Below are positions 39,852-51,200 of a stretch of 64,000 bases of DNA, piece after piece. The first letter of the stretch is position 1. The number at the start of each line of letters is the position of its first letter. This DNA is from Bugula neritina (Eukaryota; Animalia; Bryozoa): assembly GCA_964035545.1 (NCBI GenBank), contig OZ037766.1, positions 33,445,923 through 33,509,922 on the forward strand. Reading direction: 5' to 3'. Under the pieces are notes generated by a model that was not told where the DNA came from, searched no databases, and saw only the letters and a list, made by a program, of their open reading frames with translations. The translations under genes and the position numbers were made by a program.

Positions 39852-42800
39852 ATGAGTGAGATTTCCTCATCACCGGGTCTAGCTTTTTATCCTGATGACC
39901 TGTTGCCACGCAGACAGCTTGTGCTTGGGGAAGCAGGCATTGGCAGCAGCTGCATTGGCAGCAGCAGCAGTGGCAGCAGAAGACTGAAGGTCACTATAAA
40001 TAATGAGGTAGTAATTACGATGTATTAAACATATAATATTATGTTAACATAGATAAGATATAACATATATGTTACATAAAGTGTATAACATATAGTATAT
40101 ATAACATATAGAGAGCATATATTACATAGAGTATATAGTAGAGAGAGAGTATATAGCATGTTACAGCATATATAGTATATAAAACATATGATATAGAAGT
40201 GTGTATAGAGAGAAATATAACATGTGCATGTTTACTTACTGCAGGTTCTGGAGTACCCAGGGGAGTGGCTACGACACAACTGTCAGTGTACTGAGTGTTT
40301 TGGGCCGACATTTCATAACTTTGTTTCTAATTTTAGAACACTAGTAGAGCAAGATGTGCAACTGGTGTCTGTGTGCGTGATGGAGGTGAGTGTAATAGTA
40401 CTCCCAGCTGCCATGGTGATGATATCATACTATAGCTGGGTGATGTCATACTATAGCTAGGTGATGTCATACTATAGCTAGGTGATGATGTCATACTATA
40501 GCTAGGTGATGTCATATTATAGCTAGGTGATGATGTCATACTATAGCTAGGTGATGATGTCATACTATAGCTAGGTGATGATATCATACTATAGCTAGGT
40601 GATGTCATATTATAGCTAGGTGATGATGTCATACTATAGCTAGGTGATGATATCATACTATAGCTAGGTGATGATATCATACTATAGCTAGGTGATGATA
40701 TCATATTATAGCTAGGTGATGATATCATACTATAGCTAGGTGATGATGTCATACTATAGCTAGGTGATGATATCATACTATAGCTAGGTGATGTCATATT
40801 ATAGCTAGGTGATGATGTCATACTATAGCTAGGTGATGATATCATACTATAGCTAGGTGATGATATCATACTATAGCTAGGTGATGATATCATACTATAG
40901 CTAGGTGATGATATCATATTATTATGTGTTTGTAGGACTGTTCGAGCATACGTTGTAAGTTCAGTGATGATCACACATCAACTTACACTATCAGCTGGTT
41001 GTATAACAGAAGAATGACAAGAGAAGGCAACTTGGAGCGAAGAAAGAGTCTAATGCTCTTTCCGATTAAACCATGGCCAGACTCTGTTGAAATGGTTGTG
41101 AATTCAGACTCATATCAGCAGGTAAAGTACTTGATATACAAGTGATGACTGAGTAAGGTACTGTACACTACTGAGTAAGGTACTGTACACTACTGAGTAA
41201 GGTACTGTACACTACTGAGTAAGGTACTGCATACTACTGAGTAAGGTACTGTATACTACTGAGTAAGGTACTGTATACTACTGAGTAAGGTACTGTATAC
41301 TACTGAGTAAGGTACTGTACACTACTGAGTAAGGTACTGCATACTACTGAGTAAGGTACTGTACACTACTGAGTAAGGTACTGTACACTACTGAGTAAGG
41401 TACTGTACACTACTGAGTAAGGTACTGCATACTACTGAGTAAGGTACTGTATACTACTGAGTAAGGTACTGTATACTACTGAGTAAGGTACTGTATACTA
41501 CTGAGTAAGGTACTGTACACTACTGAGTAAGGTACTGTACACTACTGAGTAAGGTACTGTATACTACTGAGTAAGGTACTGTACACTACTGAGTAAGGTA
41601 CTGCATACTACTGAGTAAGGTACTGTACACTACTGAGTAAGGTATGCTGATGGTCTCATCTCTTTGTAGGTAACTGAAACATTTGGAGGATTTGAGAAAT
41701 TTGCTAAGTCACTGATTGTTGACGGAATATTTCTCATTACTGACTCACCTGACAAGTATGTGAATGAGGAGTTTGGTGAGAGGACAGGACTGAGACCAGT
41801 GAGCACTCATTATGGGTAATATGTACTATGAGTATATACATATATAATATGAGTATATACATATATAATATGAGTATATACATATATAATATGGGTATAT
41901 ACATATGTACTATGAGTATATACATATATAATATGAGTATATACATATATGATATGAGTATATACATATATAATATGAGTATATACATATATAATATGAG
42001 TATATACATATATGATATGATTATCTATATATATGTAATATGAGTATATACATATATAATACGATTACTTATATATATAATATGAGTATATACATATATA
42101 ATATGAGTATATACATATATGATATGAGTATATACATATATAATATGATTATCTATATAATATAATATGAGTATATACATATATAATACGATTACTTATA
42201 TATGTAATATGAGCATATATAACATTATATACATAATAATATGTAATGTTATATATAATATCATGATAATATTATATATATAATGTTATATATAATATTA
42301 TATATAATATTATTATGTAATATCATATAAAATATTATATATATATAATTGTAGATCTGTGCTGACAATAAAAAGTCTCAAGAACCAGGTCAATGTAGCA
42401 ACCACATCTGGAGAGTTGGAGTTGCATATAGACGACACTTATTTGATATCCTGTCCCCAGGTAACTGTTCATCTCTTGTCCCACCTCCTTTTCCCATTTC
42501 ATATTCATGTTATATGACATTGACTCATTATATGACACTGACTCATAATATATGACACTGACACATATTATATAACACTGACACACATTATATAACACTG
42601 ACACATATTGTATAACACTGACACATATTATATAACACTGACACATATTATATAACACTGACACATATTATATAACACTGACACATATTATATAACACTG
42701 ACACATATTATATAACACTGACTCATTATCTGACACTGACACATATTATATAACACTGACACATATTATATAACACTGACACATATTATATAACACTGAC

Positions 42801-44091
42801 ACATATTATATAACACTGACACATATTATATAACACTGACTCATTATCTGACACTGACACATATTATATAACACTGACACATATTATATAACACTGACTC
42901 ATTATCTGACACTGACACATATTATATAACACTGACTCATATTATATAACACTGACTCATATTATCTAACACTGACACATATTATATAACACTGACACGT
43001 ATTATCTAACACTGACACATATTATATAACACTGACACATATCATATAACACTGACACATAGTATATAACACTGACACATAGTATATAACACTGACACAT
43101 ATTATATAACACTGACACATATTATATAACACTGACACATATTATATAACACTGACACATATTATATGACACTGACACATATTATATAACACTGACACAT
43201 ATTATATAACACTGACTCATATTATCTAACACTGACACATATTATATAACACTGACACGTATTATCTAACACTGACACATATTATATAACACTGACACAC
43301 ATTATATAACACTGACTCATGTTATATAACACTGACACATATTATATAACACTGACTCATATTATCTAACACTGACACATATTATATAACACTGACACAT
43401 ATTATGCAACACTGACTTACTCTAGATTCAAATGCTACATGGTATAAAAGAGGCAGCTAAAGGAGGAGACAGTGTCTTAGTTGATGGTATAAAAGCTGCC
43501 AATGTATTGAGGGAGAAACATCCAGAATATTACAAGATACTCACAGAAACAAACAACCGCGCAGATGGTGTGATCGCTTACAGAGACCGGCCTCAATTTT
43601 ATCACACCAACAGCTGTCCGATCATCAATCTAAACGAAGATGGAGAACCAGAGTATATAAGATGGTCCAACCCCTCTCACAGCACCTTCTTTGGAGGGAC
43701 AGCGGAAGAGTATGAACAATTCATCATGGCCTTTAAGCAGTTTTACAAAATTCTCTATGACTGCGCAATTACAGTGAAAATTAAACCAGGTAAATAATTT
43801 TTAGTATTACTTGTATTTATAATGTAGTTTATTCAATTTATATGTTATATACAGCACAGTATGTGAGTAATATTCACTCAGCATATATGTGATAATATGT
43901 TACTATATGATGTGACATTATACATGCTTATTCTCACAGGCTATATTTTGGCCTTTGACAACAAGAGAGTAATGCATGGCAGGCTAGCCTTCGATCCTAA
44001 TGAGCAGAGAGAACTTGAACTGTGGTACGTGGATTGGGACGCCCTGTACTCTACACTAAGAGTAAAAACCATCAATAATAACCTCCCCTAG
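39852..44091 (+). CDS. Gamma-butyrobetaine dioxygenase-like Fe(II)/2-oxoglutarate oxygenase (BBOX/TMLHE family, ~416 aa)
   Basis: Exons 39852-40007, 40245-40385, 40936-41121, 41670-41815, 42355-42460, 43426-43789, 43940-44091. N-terminal Zn motif [11 protein letters not shown]...DDH.S.Y...WL, HxD motif (HID), [25 protein letters not shown]. Confidence 0.9.
40415..40920. repeat. 21/24-bp repeat GGTGATGAT(A/G)TCATACTATAGCTA, BBOX-like intron 2
   Basis: Direct reading. Confidence 0.96.
41148..41645. repeat. 22-bp repeat ACTGAGTAAGGTACTGTA(C/T)ACT, BBOX-like intron 3
   Basis: ~23 copies. Confidence 0.97.
41825..42220. repeat. 21-bp repeat TATGAGTATATACATATATAA, BBOX-like intron 4
   Basis: Direct reading. 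Confidence 0.92.
42512..43416. repeat. 20-bp repeat ACTGACACATATTATATAAC, ~45 copies, BBOX-like intron 5
   Basis: Direct reading; runs to within ~10 bp of the acceptor. Confidence 0.97.
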
Positions 44092-45251
44092 AGCTCAACT
44101 AATGAGTGAACATACAGCCATCGCCAACCTTAACACTCTGTTAATCTACTTGCCTGCAAGCTGTCTTTACTGCAGTATATCATACAACATATGCCGCTCT
44201 TATAGTGCTAGTTAGTGCTTGATAATAGAAATAGTATACTTTCACTAATAAACTGTTGAGTAATAGCCTAAGTACATTATAATGTATATGTTACTATAAT
44301 AAGTTTTAATAAGTGCTCTGATATTTCAATATATTTTGGTTTCAACGGATGAATGCTACAATATTAGGGATGCTGATGGGTGTTATTTAAAAACTTATGA
44401 AAACCAAAAATGACAAATGATTAGTAATTTTTTACTGTTTCATTGCCACCTTAATGTGATCAGAAAATAATTATAGTACCTATTAAATTCTTTATGCTCT
44501 GAATTATAAAGACTACAGCTAAAGAGGGAAAGTTAATCATATGGGTAATGAGTTTTGTTTATTTAGTTTAGTTCCTTGCTGAATTTTAATAAAAGCCTAT
44601 GTGGTTAAAAAATATATTTATTAGGTTACCGTTTGTTTGTTTATTTCATCAATATATATACATAAAGTAAAGAAAATACAAGGGATCACCCAAAGGAGGT
44701 AATGATGAGGCCCAATGGTGCGCCATAGCAGAGACTGTGATTGGCAGTTGAAAAGCTAATAATGATTGCGATTATATGATTGCATCAAGATCACATTTTG
44801 CAACCCCAAAACTAAGCGACACATTGTAATTTTGTTATTATTTTGAAAATGATAAAAACGTATGCGTTGTCCCGCGCAATATTAAAACACCAGAAGGACA
44901 TGGCTGAGCAACACTTAACGAATAGCGTGCCGTGTAATAATTAGTGTGTAATTAACGATTCCATTACTCTATTTGTGAATTGTTAAAATACACTGATTCG
45001 TTATTTATTCATAGGATTTCATCACGCAGCACATTGGCATTGCCAACACCATTTTTGAACACCGTATCCTGTAAGGATAATCTAACCTAACGTATCACTA
45101 ACTGAGAAGTTCCCTTCAATCCACCCACAGAAATCAACACCAAACTATTAAACTACATAATTAGTTTGGACTCTCATTTTTTGCACTTTGCTCTATAATA
45201 ATAACTCGAAGTCGATCTGAGCTCAAATTGAAATTAATAAATATAATCATA

Positions 45252-48200
45252 ATGGAATTATCACCAGAGGAAGTTGAAGGCTTTGCAAGACAAACTTTGA
45301 AGTCTGTAAGTAATTTAGTATTTACTTTTACCTTTAGTCTTAAAGTTAAAAAACTATAAGCGTAAACATGAGGCACAAATAATTTAGCATATAAGTTTTA
45401 GGTAGTACTAGTACGTAGTTTTCTTTGTTTCACAATCAAATTGAGGGCAATACTAATACTTGCGACACTAACTCTAAGTGACTATTAGTATTAGTATTAC
45501 TATTAGTATTACTATTACTATTGGTATTAGTGTTACTATTAGTATTACTATTACTATTAGTATTACTCAATTAGTATTACTATAACTATTACATTAGTAT
45601 TAGTATTACTTGTAGGCCTAGATTCTAGTATATATTGAAAGCAATTTTAATAAGTTTTTCTATAATTGATAATACCTAATTAATATAAATAAAAATATTA
45701 CTATTACTAAAAAAATTAGTTTTAATATTATAATTATTATTACTATTACTATTAGATTTAGTATTAGTATATTTTATAACCAGTAACTGTGAGTAATGAG
45801 TATCAGTATGGGATAAATCGTTACTATTAGTAGAGGTGTTCATATACTAGACAAACTTCTCTAACGCACATTTGTTTTTACTTTTTAATCACTAACTTAG
45901 AGTAAAAGCAAAGGTGTAAATAATTTCCAACTGTGTTCTGGTGTTAGATTTTGAATAACTGTTTGTCACCAAGAGTGAAGTATAAAATACAAAATTTATT
46001 TTACTTTTAGTAACTTTTAGTAACTTAAAAAGCAAAGAATAAGCCTTTAGCTTTAAGATTGGCTGTTTTGAAATTTTTATTTTGTCACATATATTTACTA
46101 ATGGTGAAATTAAAAGCAACTAGCATAAGGATAGTTGAACTTTATTAAATAACAATTGCCATAACATATCACGGCACTAATTTGATAGCTGATTATTGGA
46201 CTTGTCACTAATCCACTGTTGGATAATAATGAGTTGACAAGTTAGGGATATACACCAAGTTAGGGATATACACCAAGTTAGGGATGTACACCAAGTGAGG
46301 GATATACACCAAGTTAGGGGTGTACACCAAGTTAGGGGTATACACCAAGTTAGGGATATACACCAAGTTAGGGGTATACACCAAGTTAGGGATATACACC
46401 AAGTTAGGGATATGCACCAAGTTAGGGGTATACACCAAGTGAGGGATATACACCAAGTTAGGGATGTACACCAAGTGAGGGATATACACCAAGTTAGGGA
46501 TATACACCAAGTTAGGGGTATACACCAAGTTAGGGATATACACCAAGTTAGGGATATACACCAAGTTAGGGGTATACACCAAGTTAGGGATATACACTAA
46601 ATCTTTTAGTAATAGTAATAGTGTTTCCTGTTGTACATTGAATAGGAAGAAAAAGTGAAAGAAATGGAAGCTGAGTTGTTGAAGCTGCAGTCTCTATGCT
46701 CAGAGTCTGCTCTACGGGAGATATCGGAGGACATGGTGACCGAGGAGTTAGCTACTTTAAGGGCAGAAAATGCTAAACTGAGATATCGATGCAACATTCT
46801 GAGCAGGGTAGATAGTTTACTAGTGACTGTGTGTAGTATACTGAGTAGTTATAGTAACTGTGTGTATTATACTGAGTAGTTATAGTGACTGTGTGTAGTA
46901 TACTGAGTAGTTATAGTAACTGTGTGTAGTATACTGAGTAGTTATAGTAACTGTGTGTAGTATACTGAGTAGTTATAGTAACTGTGTGTAGTATACTGAG
47001 TAGTTATAGTAATTGTGTGTAGTATACTGAGTAGTTATAGTGACTGTGTGTAGTATACTGAGTAGTTATAGTGACTGTGTGTAGTATACTGAGTAGTTAT
47101 AGTAACTGTGTGTAGTATACTGAGTAGTTATAGTAACTGTGTGTAGTATACTGAGTAGTTATAGTAACTGTGTGTAGTATACTGAGTAGTTATAGTAACT
47201 GTGTGTAGTATACTGAGTAGTTATAGTAACTGTGTGTAGTATACTGAGTAGTTATAGTAACTGTGTGTAGTATACTGAGTAGTTATAGTAACTGTGTGTA
47301 GTATACTGAGTAGTTATAGTAACTGTGTGTATTATACTGAGTAGTTATAGTAGCTGTGTGTATTATACTGAGTAGTTATAGTAACTGTGTGTAGTATACT
47401 GAGTAGTTATAGTAACTGTGTGTAGTATACTGAGTAGTTATAGTAACTGTGTGTAGTATACTGAGTAGTTATAGTAACTGTGTGTAGTATACTGAGTAGT
47501 TATAGTGACTGTGTGTAGTATACTGAGTAGTAACTGCGTGTGGTATACTGAGTAGTTATAGTAACTGTGTGTAGTATACTGAGTAGTTATAGTAACTGTG
47601 TGTATTAAGGCAGTTGAGGCAGAAGAGAGAAAAGCCAATACAGTGAAGAAACCCCACATGTTAGACATCATTGGCTCTCTCACTGATCTCTTCACAGAGG
47701 CTATCAAGTCAGCATTCCCAGAACTGAGAGGGAAAACTCCGCAAGCTGTCATGTCAGTCGCTACGAACCCCAAGTTTGGTGACTACCAGTGTAACAGTGC
47801 CATGGGCCTTGTACAGGTAGCTGTAATATATACCCTAGTGTGTGTAATATATACCCTAGTGTGTGTAATATATACCCTAGTGTGTGTAATATATACCCTA
47901 GTGTGTGTAATATATACCCTAGTGTGTGTAATATATACCCTAGTGTGTGTAATATATACTCTAGTCTCTGTAATATATACTTTAGTCCCTGTAATATATA
48001 CTCTAGTGTGTGTAATATATACTCTAGTTCCTGTAATATCTGCTCTAGTGTGTGTAATATATACCCTAGTGTGTGTAATATATACTCTAGTCTCTGTAAT
48101 ATATACTTTAGTCCCTGTAATATATACTCTAGTGTGTAATATATACTCTAGTTCCTGTAATATCTGCTCTAGTGTGTGTAATATATACCCTAGTCTCTGT

Positions 48201-51200
48201 AATATATACTCTAGTCTCTGTAATATATACTTTAGTCCCTGTAATATATACTCTAGTCTGTAATATATGTGACCTGGCACCACAAAACAAGGGATGTATA
48301 TAAAATGTGTGATACCTAGTTATTACTATGGAGTGATAGAGCAGACTTTTTTGAACATTTTGCACTTTATTTGAAGTCTCTAGCATAAGTAGAACTCGAG
48401 ATATCAGTATTTAAAAACCTTAACGTTTTTAGAATTTCTAAATTACTGTTTCGAGAAAATCGCGTTTCAAGTTGGCAACTCTAGAATAAGTTGAGAATTA
48501 TTTGTTTACAATTTACAAGCCTTAGCAACGGGTCTTTGTATAACAGGAATAGTGACAAATTTGGTATTAAAATAATTGTGAAAGTTTGGGCTTTCTGTTA
48601 AACTAAATTTCATGCTGCCTCAACTTAAATTTAGGTCAAATATGGCCGCCAAACTTTTTGTCTAATTTATTTGTCAATTTGCTTTTTACTTTGTTTAATG
48701 GTTGAAAGGTTTAACAATTCCAGCAAAGAAGAAGATGTTTCAGCAAGTTTGTGTGTTGAGATATTTAAATTAGGCATCCAAGTCAGCAGGAAATCATATA
48801 AAACAAAATGGCAGCTGCTTCCTCTTATACATTGAATACCTCCCTTTCCTCTAATATATTCTGTAATATATCAAATTGCAGCTATTGAGCTGTGCTGTTT
48901 CATAATTATTGCTTTATGAGTAGAACACTTATGAGAAAATTATTTGACTATTATGAGATCATGCGAGGTTCATTCATAAATATCTTTATAATCTCTAACA
49001 GCAACTAAATTTAGCAATTGATTTGGCTGAGATGTTGAAAATATTATAAACATAAAATCAGCTATTTGAACTTTTGAGTTTTATTAGGCATTATTATTCA
49101 CATTTAAAACATCAAATACATTATTTTAAAAAACCAATTAAATGCAGTAAAAAATCCAGCCTGGATACAACCATTATGCTTGAATTAACTCTTATCAAGA
49201 AAAGAAAAATTAGATAGCTTCTACGGTTTTTGCAGAGAAGGCACTTATCATCTTTCTACTTTCTTGGTCTTCATAATATGAGTTTACGGAGTATGGACAC
49301 ATAACATCATATATGTGGCAAAAGCTTCATCACTATCATCAGTTGATTTTCTAGCAATTATAGATGCTGCTACTTGACCTCCATCCTGCAAATCTACCCA
49401 CTTATTGTCTATTCCAGAGCTGAAAGTACAATGTTGACTTTTTTTAAATAACAAAAGGAAACGGTAGCTTGATTAGAAATTATACCCAGTTATATTATAA
49501 AAATTTAGTTGGCTGAACACTGTTGTAGTACTATTATGACAGTAGTTAATTGTGATCCTGCATTTCATCAACGTTTAAATTTATTGAATTAAACAGAACA
49601 ATTTAAATTAAAAAAATGCTTGATAATTTTCAAGCACATCATTAAAAGACTGCAAACCTTTTTATGAATGAAATAAGCAGAAGCCATAACCTTGCAAGCC
49701 AAAATTCGGAGTGTCTACATTAGAAGTATTAGATTGATAGGTAGTAGAGTTGTGTAGGTATAAGTCTTCACTCTAATGCCCTCACAAGTGCACTTTCTAA
49801 AATGTACAGAATATCGGATTATTCTATATTAACATAGTATTATCAGTAAAATTACACATTATGCACTTGAATATCTAGCATATCTGCAATTGGCAATTTT
49901 GAAGCAATGTCTTTAGATAACTATTAACCACTCAGGCATTCAATTGAGTAAAAAAGCTAGCTAAGTGCAACTGAGTCTATTAGAGACATTTACTATAAAA
50001 TCAATTTGAATTCAATGAATTACTTTAAAATATGAATAAATTTTTGCTCATCTTATAATAAAATTAAAAAGTTTAGACTATTTATGCATTCAGTTAGTGT
50101 TACTACTCACTAAATAAGACTAAAAGTAACTTACTGAAAAACTAAGTCAGTCAACTATAGAATCATCATGAACTCGCATTAATATTTCATCATTATAATC
50201 ATTTACATTTAGTCACATTTTTCATTTCAATTTGGTTATAGGTGATGCTTTTATGAATATAAATATGATTATCAATTGAGTTTTGATAGTAACACTAACT
50301 GTAAGCCTGCATAATGTGATAAAGATTTTATCATTATATTTTAAATCAAACTTTGAGCTAATTTAAAAATCACAAAAGGAACCGGTAGTTTGACTAGTAC
50401 CAGTAGGCCTAATGTTAATACTAATAGTAATAGTAATCAGTAACTGTATTGACAAAATCTAAGACAGAGGCTAAAAGTTACTAAGAGTAAGAGTAAGTCT
50501 AATGTAAATTGAAATATCAACTATAGAATAAATCAATAAATATAATACTATCAGTATGAGTATCAAGTTTTAATAGCATAGGCAAAACTCAGAGTCAGAC
50601 CCAAATAATAATACAGTAATACTAATAAGTAATAAGTAATAGTAATACTAATAGTAATAGTGAATTTATAACTATTAATTACTTATAGTTATACTTATAG
50701 TTATAGTTATACTATTAGTATTACTATTATTATTAATGAGTTACATTTGGTTTTACTACCAAATACCAGTATCAGTAAATCATGAATAATAGTCATTATG
50801 AGTAACCGTACCTCAAACTGTGAGTCATAGTGAAAGTCATTTAAATAGTTACTAGTAGTAGTATAGAATAGAATAGACTAAGACAGACTCCTACTACTAG
50901 TGATAGTATAAATATTATTAAATTGATAACTACAAATAATCCTGGCAACAATTCTAAGTTAGTAGCGTAAATGATTGTTTTGAGTATAATTACCTGTATT
51001 GTTGTGGTTTTCAAGCTTGAACGCTAAAGATAAAGATTAAGTTCAGCATTTATCACCAAAGGGCAAAACAGCTCAGTAACTTAAAAGCTAACTTTGGATG
51101 GAACACGATGAAAAACTAAAACTAGCCTTCGATTTTAAATATGATACTTCTGACAGTACGAAGAAAGAGGTGTAAGCTAAATTAATTTGATAAAAAATAA

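Noticed and set aside
49240-50140. Exon-like minus-strand fragments inside the TIR element (possible transposase remnant)
   Set aside because: Short frames with stops, and no DDE or DNA-binding motif that I can recognise.
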